Shown here one piece after another: positions 51,179-61,105 of a stretch of 64,000 bases of DNA. Made by a program: the position numbers and the translations under genes. Every line of letters starts with the position of its first letter. The stretch's first letter is position 1. This stretch comes from Candidatus Latescibacterota bacterium (lineage in GTDB: Bacteria; Latescibacterota; UBA2968; GCA-2709665). The notes under the pieces were generated by a model, which saw nothing but the letters and a program-made list of their open reading frames with translations, searched no databases and was not told where the DNA came from. The DNA lies in NCBI GenBank assembly GCA_965116875.1, contig OZ220733.1:1312001-1376000 (forward strand). The letters run 5' to 3'.

Positions 51179-53584
51179 ATGTTCTATCGAATCCAGCCAT
51201 GGAGTCCGGCTGTCGCCCTGTTGATCTGTCTGTTTACGGTATCCGGCGCCGTGTCGGCCGGCGAGTTTACACTCACGATTCTGCACAACAACGACGCCGA
51301 GTCCCGGTTGATAAACGCCGGAGAGGGCCTGGAAGACTTCGGCGGCGCGGACCGATTCAAGACCCTGGCGGATCGGCTCAAAGCCGAAGCGCGAATGGAC
51401 GGCGGCGTGATCATGGTATCGTCGGGAGACAATTTCCTCGCAGGCCCGGAGTTTAACGTCAGCCTCCGGCGCCCCGAATCCTCCCCCTTCTACGACGCCC
51501 TCGCGATGGACCTGATCGGGTACGACGCCGTGTGTATCGGCAACCACGACTTCGACTTCGGACCGGACGTCCTGGTCAGGTTCATTTCCGGTTACAGTTT
51601 CACCCACCCGCCGTATCTCAGCGCCAACCTGGACTTCGGGGACGAACCGGGACTGGCGGAACTCGTCGCTTCCGGACGGGTCGCCGGGAGCGCGGTCGTC
51701 CAGGTCGACGGCGAACATATCGGCATCGTGGGCGCCACCACCCCGGACCTGGCGTTCATCTCCAGTCCGCGAAACGTGAGGGTGGACGGCGGGCTGCTGG
51801 AAGCCATCCAGGCCGAAGTGAACGGGCTGGCGCTGCGCGGGGTGCGTATCATTGTTCTGATCAGCCACCTCCAGTCCCTTGACAACGATCTGGAGCTGGC
51901 GCGTGAATTGCGGGGCGTGGACGTGGTGATCGCGGGCGGCGGCGACGACGTCCTGGCCAATCCGGGAACGCGTCTTGTTCCCGGCGACGAAGCCGTGATT
52001 TCCGGACCGTACCCATTAATCGAACAGGGCGCAGACGGAAACGACGTTCACGTTGTCACCACTGCCGGGAACTATCGCTACCTGGGCCGGTTCGTGGCCA
52101 GTTTCAATGCTGCCGGCGTCATTTCATCCGTCGACCGGGACGCCAGCGGCCCGGTGCGGGTGGCCGGGGGCGGCCACCCGGATGCCGTGGTCCCCGACGA
52201 GGACGTCCGGAACCGGGTTGTCGCCCCGGTCATCGATGCCCTCGCTTCCCTTGCTTCCAATCCGGTGGGAACGTCGGAAGTTGCGCTCGACGGCGTGAAG
52301 AGCAGGATCCGGACCCGGGAGACCAACGAAGGCAACCTGGTGGCAGACGCCCTCCGGTGGCAATGCGCGCAACTCGCTTCGTCATTCGGCGTTCCCGTTC
52401 CTCAGGTGGGAATTTTGAACGGAGGGGGCATACGCAACGCCAGCGAGATTCCGGCCGGCGTGATATCCGAACTCACGCCCTTCAACATACTGCCGTTCCC
52501 CAACTTCGTCGCCGTTGTGCCCGAAATACCTGCGGCACGATTCAGGGAAATCATGGAGAACGCGGTTTCGAAGGTGGAACGCACCTCGGGGCGATTCGCC
52601 CAGATTTCGGGCTTCACGATGGTCTGGAATCCGGACGGCGTCGCTCAGGAACTGGATGAGAGTGGAAACGTCACGCAACGCGGCGGCCGCATTGTGGAGA
52701 TCACCCTTGACTCGGGCGCCGGCATCGTCGAAAACGGAAACATCGTATCCGGTGCGCCGGATATTCACGTGGCAACCGTCGACTTCCTCGCCATGGGCGG
52801 TGACCAGTACCCCTATCGGGGCGCCCGCTTCACCCGTCTGGGCGTAACCTACCAGCAGGCGCTTGTCAGCTTCATCAGGGAAGGCCTCATGGGCCGGATC
52901 ACAGCGGCGGCCTATCCGGAAGGTGGACAGGGCCGGATTACCACCGGGCAACCGAAGCCCGCAAACGAGTCGGACGTCGCGAACCGCTCGGTCGTACACG
53001 TGTTCCTGACGCGAGACGGCGTGCCGTTGCCGGACGTGCGGGTCGAATTCTCACGTTCGATTTCCGGTCGCGCGCCGGATTACCGGTGGAGGGAAACAAC
53101 CGACGGCGAAGGCCGCGCCACCATAGAAATCCAACCTGAAAGCCGACGAAGCGTCTCGGGCTACTACGCGGTTCGTGCAGTGGAGATCGCGGGCAATACG
53201 ATCTCCAGATGGGAGAGCGTCCCGATCAACGGCGGACGGGAAATCACACTCCTCCTTCCGGCAGGCGGCGTCGCCCGCGTGGAGGAGGAACGATTGTTGG
53301 CCGCGGACGCCCTGGCGCTCTATCCGAATACGCCAAACCCGTTCAACCCCTCAACCCGGATCGGCTACCGGATTCCTGAAGCGGGGCAGGTCGATCTCAC
53401 GATCTACAATGTACTGGGTCAGCAGGTCCGGACTCTGGTACAGGACCACCAGAGCCGTGGCCCGTATGAGGTCCTTTGGGACGGAAAAGACGGGTTCGGA
53501 CGTACCGTTTCCAGCGGCGTTTATTTCTATCGGCTGGCGCATCCGGGCGGCGCACTCACCAAACGCATGCTCCTGGTCAAATAA
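51179..53584 (+). CDS. secreted 5'-nucleotidase-family metallophosphoesterase with FlgD-Ig/sorting-type C-terminal domain
   Basis: LHNND, SGDNF, GNHDFDFG, NGGGIR, FAQISG; C-terminal YPNTPNPFNPST...WDGKD...SGVYFYRL. Confidence 0.9.
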   Translation: MFYRIQPWSPAVALLICLFTVSGAVSAGEFTLTILHNNDAESRLINAGEGLEDFGGADRFKTLADRLKAEARMDGGVIMVSSGDNFLAGPEFNVSLRRPESSPFYDALAMDLIGYDAVCIGNHDFDFGPDVLVRFISGYSFTHPPYLSANLDFGDEPGLAELVASGRVAGSAVVQVDGEHIGIVGATTPDLAFISSPRNVRVDGGLLEAIQAEVNGLALRGVRIIVLISHLQSLDNDLELARELRGVDVVIAGGGDDVLANPGTRLVPGDEAVISGPYPLIEQGADGNDVHVVTTAGNYRYLGRFVASFNAAGVISSVDRDASGPVRVAGGGHPDAVVPDEDVRNRVVAPVIDALASLASNPVGTSEVALDGVKSRIRTRETNEGNLVADALRWQCAQLASSFGVPVPQVGILNGGGIRNASEIPAGVISELTPFNILPFPNFVAVVPEIPAARFREIMENAVSKVERTSGRFAQISGFTMVWNPDGVAQELDESGNVTQRGGRIVEITLDSGAGIVENGNIVSGAPDIHVATVDFLAMGGDQYPYRGARFTRLGVTYQQALVSFIREGLMGRITAAAYPEGGQGRITTGQPKPANESDVANRSVVHVFLTRDGVPLPDVRVEFSRSISGRAPDYRWRETTDGEGRATIEIQPESRRSVSGYYAVRAVEIAGNTISRWESVPINGGREITLLLPAGGVARVEEERLLAADALALYPNTPNPFNPSTRIGYRIPEAGQVDLTIYNVLGQQVRTLVQDHQSRGPYEVLWDGKDGFGRTVSSGVYFYRLAHPGGALTKRMLLVK

Positions 53585-53638
53585 CCAACGCCCGGCGCAA
53601 ACCGGACTCGCATCGGCTGCTTTCCGCCTTCCGTTCTC

Positions 53639-53667
53639 TTGACGAAGCCGACCGTTTCCGGTATATT
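53639..53667 (+). promoter_or_regulatory. sigma70-like promoter of the leader-peptide operon
   Basis: TTGACG-17-TATATT. Confidence 0.6.
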
Positions 53668-53714
53668 TCCAAACGGATCACGGAAAGTTCTGTACTCTTC
53701 CGGAGACGGTCGGG

Positions 53715-53990
53715 ATGTTTTATTCCCGCAGACGGATTCATCCTTTCGTCGTTTTCGCTCTGGCGATATTCGCGGCCTACCTTGCGGTTTTTCTGGTTGC
53801 CGCCTTCCCCGGACACGATCACGATCACCAATGTACTGTCTGCGCCTGGTTCAACAACCTGAGCGTAAGTCTGCCGGCAGTGCTGGTGTTGCAACTTTGC
53901 TTTCTGTATTTCGGACAGGGTTTTTCCTCGTTCCGCTCCCCGCGCTCTTCCCTCCTTCTGCCAGACGGACGCGCACCGCCCGTGTCCTGA
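53715..53990 (+). CDS. DUF2946/CruR/CutF-like leader peptide
   Basis: N-terminal TM segment, HDHDHQCTVC (CxxC), C-terminal GRAPP, upstream of a TonB-dependent receptor operon. Confidence 0.8.
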   Translation: MFYSRRRIHPFVVFALAIFAAYLAVFLVAAFPGHDHDHQCTVCAWFNNLSVSLPAVLVLQLCFLYFGQGFSSFRSPRSSLLLPDGRAPPVS

Positions 53991-54304
53991 TCCATCCTCT
54001 CGTGTCTTTATGACGCCCCTCAGTACTTCCGGTGTTTTTCAACTAGATCGTTCCGGGTCGGCCCCGGCTCAAACCCAGGCCTGAAGAAATGTGGCCCGGT
54101 CTTGCCTGCGGGCAGACTCTCGGAACCGCGTATCACGTATTCCCGCCCCTCTTCGGGTCAGGCTGCATCCGCAAAGGCGGATAACCGGCCCCGCAAATCT
54201 GCGTGTCGGCAACCTGCCGGCACAACCGCAGTTCGTCTGCCACACAGGCGGATGTTCATGCGTTTTTCGGGCGAAGTGACATTCTGGTACACAGGAGAAC
54301 ATTA

Positions 54305-55558
54305 ATGTTCAGCATTCTGAAGATGAAAACCTCCCTTCACTGGATTGCAACGGCGGCGTTTGTTGCCGTGTTTCTGTCCGGTTGTGGAAAAGATGACCCC
54401 GTTACGCCACAGGAAGAGCATTACGAAGCCGAGGGCCTCGTCCTCCTGGACTCCGGCCAGCGGTTCTTCAGGTATTTCCAGGGCAGGATCGACTCGGGCG
54501 ACGGCCGGGCGGAAGCCCTGGAAGTCACTCACGGCGAAGTGACCAGCAAGTGGAGCATCCGCTTCCTGGACAAGGACGGAAATGAAATGGCGCCCCCCAC
54601 CGGCGATGGCTTCACCTTCACGTGGGAAATTGCGGACCGGGATATTGTGGAAGTCGTCCAGGACGAGGGGGAAGCGGGCAAATTCGTCTTCGCCCTGCGC
54701 GGCCTCGAAGATGGCGAAACCACCATCAGACTTCAGATTTCGCACGAAGGGCACGTGGACTTCACCACGCTGCCGCTTCCGGTACACGTGGTCGGAGAAT
54801 TCGAGGCGGAAGGGATTGTTATCATCGAATCCGGCGTTCGGTTCTTCCGATATTTCCAGGGCGAGATCGACTCCGGCGAGGGTCGGGTATCGGAACTCAT
54901 GGCCCCGATCGGCCTGACGCCTCACTGGCGCATCATGTTTCTGGATGAACACGGAGACGAAATCGACCCGCCGGACGATCCCGAATTCACGTTCGGCTGG
55001 ACCATTGCCGATCCCGACATACTCGAAGTCCACCAGGACGAGGGCGACGAGGGTTCATTCGACTTCCACCTGCGCGGCCTGCATGAGGGCGAGACCACCA
55101 TTGTATTCGAAGTCAGACACGAAGGCCACGTTGACTACCGCACACAGCCCATTCCCGTACACGTGGAGTCACAGGAGGGTCAGCACGAGGAACCCGTTGG
55201 CGTTCGGCTCAAGGAGGAAGACAGCGGTGAGTTGCTCACACAGGCGCCCCTCGAGGGAGAAGGCACGGCCACCGAGGACCTGACTGTCGCCGTCGGCGAT
55301 ACAACCGACCACATCGCAGCGTTCTTCTTTGACGAACACGACGTTGAATTCCAGCCGGAAGCGCCCGACGAGACGCTGGGGATTGCGGTGGCCGACACGT
55401 CATTGCTGGCCATCGATCCGCCTGTGGCGCCGGAATACTGGGCCTTCAGACTCATCGGCAAGAAGGCCGGCACAACCACCATAACCCTTTCCATTCTCCA
55501 CGACGATGAGGCGGAAGCCGAATTCGCGCCCATTTCGGTGGCGGTCACCGCACCGTAG
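54305..55558 (+). CDS. acidic lipoprotein with three tandem beta-rich repeats, putatively metal-binding
   Basis: AGGAG RBS, lipobox FLSGC, repeats of about 125 aa with HEGHVD. Confidence 0.75.
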   Translation: MFSILKMKTSLHWIATAAFVAVFLSGCGKDDPVTPQEEHYEAEGLVLLDSGQRFFRYFQGRIDSGDGRAEALEVTHGEVTSKWSIRFLDKDGNEMAPPTGDGFTFTWEIADRDIVEVVQDEGEAGKFVFALRGLEDGETTIRLQISHEGHVDFTTLPLPVHVVGEFEAEGIVIIESGVRFFRYFQGEIDSGEGRVSELMAPIGLTPHWRIMFLDEHGDEIDPPDDPEFTFGWTIADPDILEVHQDEGDEGSFDFHLRGLHEGETTIVFEVRHEGHVDYRTQPIPVHVESQEGQHEEPVGVRLKEEDSGELLTQAPLEGEGTATEDLTVAVGDTTDHIAAFFFDEHDVEFQPEAPDETLGIAVADTSLLAIDPPVAPEYWAFRLIGKKAGTTTITLSILHDDEAEAEFAPISVAVTAP

Positions 55559-55623
55559 CAGAAAGCGCGGCGGGAGGGTTGTTCTCGCCCTCCCGCCATC
55601 CGCAACACGGGAGCACATTTCAA

Positions 55624-57899
55624 ATGGCCGGCTTGTTCAGGATATCGGATCTGCAGCCGGGTGACGGCTCCGGCCACCGTTCCGCCATCCGGCTGCACTT
55701 TATCCGGGCGATCCTCGCGGTGCTGTCCGTGGCCTGTCTGGCAGGGTCCGGCTCGGCAACTCAGGCCGTATTGATCGAAGGGTATGTCTTCGACGGCGAG
55801 ACCGGACTCCCCGTCTGGAACGTGAACGTCAAGCCCGCAGATCACTCCCCCGGCGCGTCTACGGACGAAAAAGGCCGGTTCGTGCTCCATCTGTCACCGG
55901 GTGACTATCGGCTTTCACTTTCGCACGTCGGCTATCAGGAAACGAACCACGAACTGAACGTCTCGGGTGCGAAGCATCCCGTTGTCTATCTGGAACTGGC
56001 GCGGCTGGATCACCGGCTGGACCCCATCGACGTTGTTGCCGAACGCGCTGAAACCCGATTTGAGGAACTGCACGAGGCCACCCGGGTGCTTTCGGGCGAC
56101 GAACTCAGGAAGAAATACAGCATCACGTTGGCCGAGACCATGAAGAACGAACTCGGCGTTGCCATCCGGAGCATGGGGCCGGCGCCGGCCCGCCCCGTCA
56201 TCCGCGGGCTCAGCGGCGACCGGGTACAGATCAACGTCGACGGCATTCAGTCTCAGGACCTTTCCGCAACGTCGGCTGACCATGCGGTAACCGTCGAGAC
56301 GTTCAACGCGGAACGCCTGGAAATCATCCGCGGACCCCGCACGCTGCTGCACACCTCCACGGCCGGCGGCGGCGTGATCAACGTCGTCAAGCACAGGATC
56401 CCCGAAACCCGGCCGGAGCGCTTCTTCGGGAGCGTGGGCGCCTACGGGGAAACAGCGAACCGGGGATATTTCTCGTCCGCCGCCCTCACCGCGCCCGTGG
56501 GTCCGTTCGCGATGCGCGCCGAGTCCACCTACCGGGATACCCGGGACATCCAGACCCCGGTCGGCCGGCTTGCCAACACGCCCATCAACACCCGCACATA
56601 TGCCCTCGGCGTGTCCTACGCGGGCGACCGGGGGTACGTCGGCGGATCATTCGATCAATTCGAGACTCAGTACGGCATTCCGGGCGGATTCATCGGCGCC
56701 CATCCCAACGGCGCGGACCTCGATATCATCCGTCGGGTCTTCGATGGAAAGGCTGTCTATCGGTTCGTCCACGGAACGGCAGACAGAATCGAGGCGGGCT
56801 TCACGAAGGCCTATTACTACCACGTCGAATACGAGTCGAGCGGCAGCATCGGATCCGAGTTTCTCTTTCATGACTACAGCGGCGATCTCAAACTCACCTG
56901 AACACGGGAAACAAGGAGCAAAACACCGTACTCACCGCCGGCTTCGAACACCGCAATCTCAAGCTGGGCGCTTTCGTCTTCACCCCGCCCACCCGAAAGC
57001 AGGACGTCAACTTCGGGCTGTATCACGAAACTGCCTGGCGCAATATCGAACTGCAGGCCGCGGCGCGTTACGCCTATGCCACTTTCGACCCGCGCCTACA
57101 GGCGGTCACCAACGCGAACCTGGACATCGACCGCACCTTCCATACATGGTCCGCGGCATTCAGTCCGCTCGTGCCGATTACCGGCCAGCTGACGGCCGGC
57201 TTCAGCCTCAGCCGCTCCCAGCGCGCGCCCACCATCGAGGAACTCTACAACGAAGGACCGCACCTGGCCGCTTACACCTTTGAGAAGGGCAACGTGGAAC
57301 TCAATGCCGAACGCAGTTTCGGCGCGGAGGCGTTCTTCCACTACCTCCAGCCGGGATTCGACCTGGTCTTCACCGGATTCTGGAACGAGTTCGGCAATTA
57401 CATCGCGCCGCGAAATACGGGAGAAATCAACTTTGCTCAGCTTCTTCCCATCTACGCCGCGGAAGGGATAGACGCGAGAATGGCCGGGGTGGAAACCCAC
57501 CTGAAATGGCGTCCGAACGCACGCCTGGAACTCGAGATGAACCTGAGCCACGTGCGCGGCGAAAACCGGGACGACCGTATGCCCCTTCCGGAAATGCCGC
57601 CGCTCAAGTTCGTCGGCAGCGCAGCCTACAGGCACCCCTGGCTAACCGGGGGAGGGACCATGGAGTGGGCCGCGGGGCAGGAGCGTGTGGATACCTATGA
57701 AGACCCCACCGACGGCTATTCCGTCTTGGGCATGTACATTCAGCGCGATTTCGTCGCGAATCGGGCTCGCCACAGCTTTATCCTGTCCCTCGAGAATCTC
57801 TTCGACACGGAATACCGCAACCACCTGTCGCGCATCCGCTCCGTGATGCCCGAAACCGGACGCAGCCTTAAACTGAACTACAAGATGTATTTCTTCTAA
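55624..57899 (+). pseudogene. TonB-dependent receptor (ZnuD-like) with a 1-bp frameshift near 56897
   Basis: Carboxypeptidase-regulatory-like N-terminal domain; plug motifs RPVIRGLSGDRV, SADHAV, EIIRGP; C-terminal ENLFDTEYRNHLSR...YFF in another frame; may be an assembly error. Confidence 0.8.
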
Positions 57900-57923
57900 C
57901 GTCCGCTCAGCGTCAACAGAAAA

Positions 57924-57975
57924 CCAAAGAAGTCAACCCCGTGTCACTTGTTGAACACGGGGTTGACTTCTTTGG
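57924..57975. terminator. long hairpin between convergent genes
   Basis: 21-bp perfect stem CCAAAGAAGTCAACCCCGTGT / ACACGGGGTTGACTTCTTTGG. Confidence 0.7.
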
Positions 57976-58020
57976 ACCTGTTTGTCTACTCACAGCTGAC
58001 GCCCGGCCGCAATCCCCTCC

Positions 58021-58767
58021 TTAGTTTTTCCCCAGCATCTCCCTCCGCATCACGCGTTCCACGATGCGCGGACTCCAGGTACCCAGAAGAGCCGCCGTGC
58101 GGTTTCCGAAACCCGGAACGAGCAGGCGTTTTCGCTTCCCGATGCCGCGAAGGATCGCCTCCGCCAGGTCTTCAGGCGGCATGCGTTTTTCCTCTCGCGA
58201 ATTGTCGGGGCTGTACCGGCGGGCATGCGCTGTACGTGTCGGTCCCGGAAAGACCGTCATAACGTGTATATCGCGCGGGGCAAGCCCGACGGAGAGACTT
58301 CGTGCGTATGACGCCAGCCCGCTCTTGGTTGCCGCGTACGCCGCGGCGCCCGGATAGCTCACGTAGTGCGAGAGAGAGGAGACGAAAACGAGGGATCCGC
58401 CGGGCACAATGCGGTTTGCCTCCAGCAGTCTCGCCGTCAACGCCATGGGCGCCTCGAAGTTTACCGCGACCACCTGCTCCAGATCCGTCAAACCCACGCG
58501 GGGAAACCGTCCCACGGCGTTGATCCCCGCGTTGTGAATGAGTACGTCGATCGGGTCCATCGAGCCCAGTTGATCGTGAACGCGCACAACGCCCGATGGG
58601 GTACCCAGATCGGCAATGACAAATCGCGCGCCCAGCTCCGGCTCGAGACCCGCGGCGCCTTTTGCATCCACGTCTACGCCGGTTACGGAATACCCGGCAC
58701 GAACAAGCCTGCGTGCGAGCGACTCGCCAATTCCATTCGCCGCGCCTGTTATGACCGCGTGTTTCAT
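58021..58767 (-). CDS. short-chain dehydrogenase/reductase
   Basis: TGAANGIG, HNAG, YAATK; ATG overlaps the upstream stop (ATGA). Confidence 0.9.
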   Translation of the reverse strand: MKHAVITGAANGIGESLARRLVRAGYSVTGVDVDAKGAAGLEPELGARFVIADLGTPSGVVRVHDQLGSMDPIDVLIHNAGINAVGRFPRVGLTDLEQVVAVNFEAPMALTARLLEANRIVPGGSLVFVSSLSHYVSYPGAAAYAATKSGLASYARSLSVGLAPRDIHVMTVFPGPTRTAHARRYSPDNSREEKRMPPEDLAEAILRGIGKRKRLLVPGFGNRTAALLGTWSPRIVERVMRREMLGKN

Positions 58768-59516
58768 TTCGCCTGCCTTCGCATCAAGGCTTCGATTGCG
58801 CCGTTGCAATAACGCCCGCAGAATCTCAGACATTTGTTTCTCAAGCCGATGGTAACAACGGATCGGCGTCCGTCGATCGCTCGCGCAATCTGCATGGCGA
58901 CCCGTTCCGGCGGCGGGAAGGTTCCGGAATCTCCGTCCCGCCATCCGGACTTTCGATGAATGCCCGTTTGCGTCGCCCCCGGATGTATGACCTGCACGTT
59001 CACGTCGCCCTCGACGCGCAGATTGCGCCCGAAGACGTCGAGCGCTTCTTTGGTTGCCGCATATACGGCGAATTCGGGACACGGGAACGCATGGGCGATG
59101 GAGCCGATGAGTACGTGCTTGCCGCCGGTTTTCTTCACGTGCGGTACCAGCGCGTGCGTCAGGCGCATCGGCGCCAGAAGATTGACGGCGACGATCTCAC
59201 GGATGCCGGCGACGGACTGGTCGGCCACGGAACCATGGTATCCCGTTGCCGCGTTCTGAATCGCCAGGTCCAGTGATCTTATCTTCCGCGAATTCAAGAA
59301 CGAACACACCTGATCCGCGCAATCCTGCTTCGACAGGTCCGCCTCGCAATAGGTCTCTTCGCTGTAGAGTCCTCCCTTGAGCGAATCCAGCGGTCGCCTG
59401 CCCACCAGCACCAGCCGCACGTCGCGCGCGCGGTAGATTTCCGCGAGCACCCGGCCAATGCCGTCCGTGGCGCCCGTAATCAGCACGGTTTTCCTATCCC
59501 CCGTCATGACAGACAT
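58764..59516 (-). CDS. short-chain dehydrogenase/reductase
   Basis: TGATDGIG, QNAA, YAATK. Confidence 0.9.
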   Translation of the reverse strand: MSVMTGDRKTVLITGATDGIGRVLAEIYRARDVRLVLVGRRPLDSLKGGLYSEETYCEADLSKQDCADQVCSFLNSRKIRSLDLAIQNAATGYHGSVADQSVAGIREIVAVNLLAPMRLTHALVPHVKKTGGKHVLIGSIAHAFPCPEFAVYAATKEALDVFGRNLRVEGDVNVQVIHPGATQTGIHRKSGWRDGDSGTFPPPERVAMQIARAIDGRRSVVTIGLRNKCLRFCGRYCNGAIEALMRRQAK

Positions 59517-59639
59517 GCTACATCCTTCGTCGCGTCTGTGCCCGATCCGGTTGATCGCGTACAGCCGGGGTCCTGGCCTGTACAGTATTGACCGTCCCAT
59601 CCAGGGCTTGCCCCGCGACCGTCGAAATCCTATCTTTAA

Positions 59640-59829
59640 CCTTGATTCATCATTTTTCGGGGATGTTAATTCGAATATGTGTCAGTTAAAAAGGCGATTC
59701 AACTGCTGATTACCAGGATACACCAGGACACTGTACGTGAACGAAAAAAATGTCCTTCATGACGACCATTTCGGCCCGTTTCGAAAGGTTTCGTCGCGGT
59801 GCCGCGTTGCGGCTTGTGGGGAATTGAGG
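59640..59829. mobile_element. IS1380-like MITE, copy 2 (190 bp)
   Basis: TIRs CCTTGATTC / GAATTGAGG, flanked by direct TTAA. Confidence 0.8.
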
Positions 59830-59915
59830 TTAACAGCCCGTTGAGGTTTTTTCGGATTGAGTCATGTCCCTGTTACGATCGCAAAATGACGGAAAGGAGG
59901 CGTCCGGGCGGCTTA

Positions 59916-60077
59916 GAAGCTGTCTTAAAATTCCCAGCGGTCTTCGCGCGGCTGCAAAAGCGCCGGTCGGCGTTGGTCAAATCCACCCGTATAGACAAAT
60001 ATGGGCGGATTTTCCCGCCTTGACCGCCACTTTTTCGCTCACGCTCGGGAACTCACGGGTTATTTTAAAACAACTTC
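59916..60077. mobile_element. IS5-family-like MITE (162 bp)
   Basis: TIRs GAAGCTGTCTTAAAAT / ATTTTAAAACAACTTC (2 mismatches), TA on both sides. Confidence 0.7.
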
Positions 60078-60085
60078 TATGAGTC

Positions 60086-61075
60086 ATGGTCGACCCGGAG
60101 CAAAAAGACCCGACGATGAATAACCCGCAGATGTTGACCGAGAAAGTGAACGACGAGCGGGCCTGGCGGGCGGATCGCATCGATGATTCCGCATCCTGGA
60201 ACTACCCGTTGTCCGGGGATTATCTCTCCGGCTGTGAGCGCATCGTACGCGAAGTTCGGGGTCGTGACTTGCCGGTTACGGAGATTCCCCGCCAGGGCGT
60301 GTCTTTAACTCACGGCGGAGAGTGCCTCCGGCCCGTACTCGACGCTCTCAGATCGGGGCGTGGATTTGCCATCGTGAATCGCGTGCCGGTCAACGGGTGT
60401 GCACCGGACGAAGCGCAGTCGATGTACTGGATGACCGGCGAGTGTCTTGGCGCCCCCATGGAGCAGAATATAGAGGGAACGGTATTGTACGACGTCCGTG
60501 ATACGGGCAGGAACGTGACACAGGGAGCCAGGTTTTCCGTGACCAATGCGGAGAGTACGTTTCACAACGACAATGCCTTCGGTGCATCGCTGCCCGACAT
60601 CGTGGGGCTGCTCTGCCTGCGTACGGCGAAGTCCGGCGGACAGAGTCAGCTGATCAGCGGTTACGCCCTTCACAATGAACTCCTGGAAAATCACCCGGAC
60701 GTCCTGGAGACCCTCTATCAGCGATTCTATTTCGATCGTCGGGGACAGCACAGTTCCGGAGACTCACCCACGTCTCATTTCCCGGTTTTTCGATGGAACC
60801 GGGGTGAATTGACGATCCGATACCTGTACTATTACATCCAGGTGGGTCACGAGCGCGCCGGCAAACCGCTGACCGTCGAACAGAGTGGCGCACTGGAAGT
60901 TGTAGAAGCGTTGCTTCGCCGCGCGGAATTCAGGGTGGAGTTCAGCCTGCAACCCGGGCAGATGCTTTTTACGAACAACCGCTGGATACTTCACAACCGC
61001 ACCGCATTCGAGGACGATGCCGACCCCGCACGTCGAAGGCACTATGTGCGACTCTGGTTACGGTACCGGAACTGA
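60086..61075 (+). CDS. TauD/TfdA (clavaminate synthase-like) Fe/2OG dioxygenase
   Basis: FHND (HxD), LHNR and RRHYVRLWL motifs. Confidence 0.9.
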   Translation: MVDPEQKDPTMNNPQMLTEKVNDERAWRADRIDDSASWNYPLSGDYLSGCERIVREVRGRDLPVTEIPRQGVSLTHGGECLRPVLDALRSGRGFAIVNRVPVNGCAPDEAQSMYWMTGECLGAPMEQNIEGTVLYDVRDTGRNVTQGARFSVTNAESTFHNDNAFGASLPDIVGLLCLRTAKSGGQSQLISGYALHNELLENHPDVLETLYQRFYFDRRGQHSSGDSPTSHFPVFRWNRGELTIRYLYYYIQVGHERAGKPLTVEQSGALEVVEALLRRAEFRVEFSLQPGQMLFTNNRWILHNRTAFEDDADPARRRHYVRLWLRYRN

Positions 61076-61105
61076 CGGATCCGGTTTGCAGAAAGCGGTC
61101 GCCTG

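Noticed and set aside
53991-54304. Cobalamin or NiCo riboswitch upstream of the TonB operon
   Set aside because: I could not find the B12-box or NiCo consensus segments; kept only as an unassigned structured spacer
56899-56901. Selenocysteine or readthrough at the TGA in the TonB receptor
   Set aside because: The downstream coding sequence is in a different frame, so it is a frameshift
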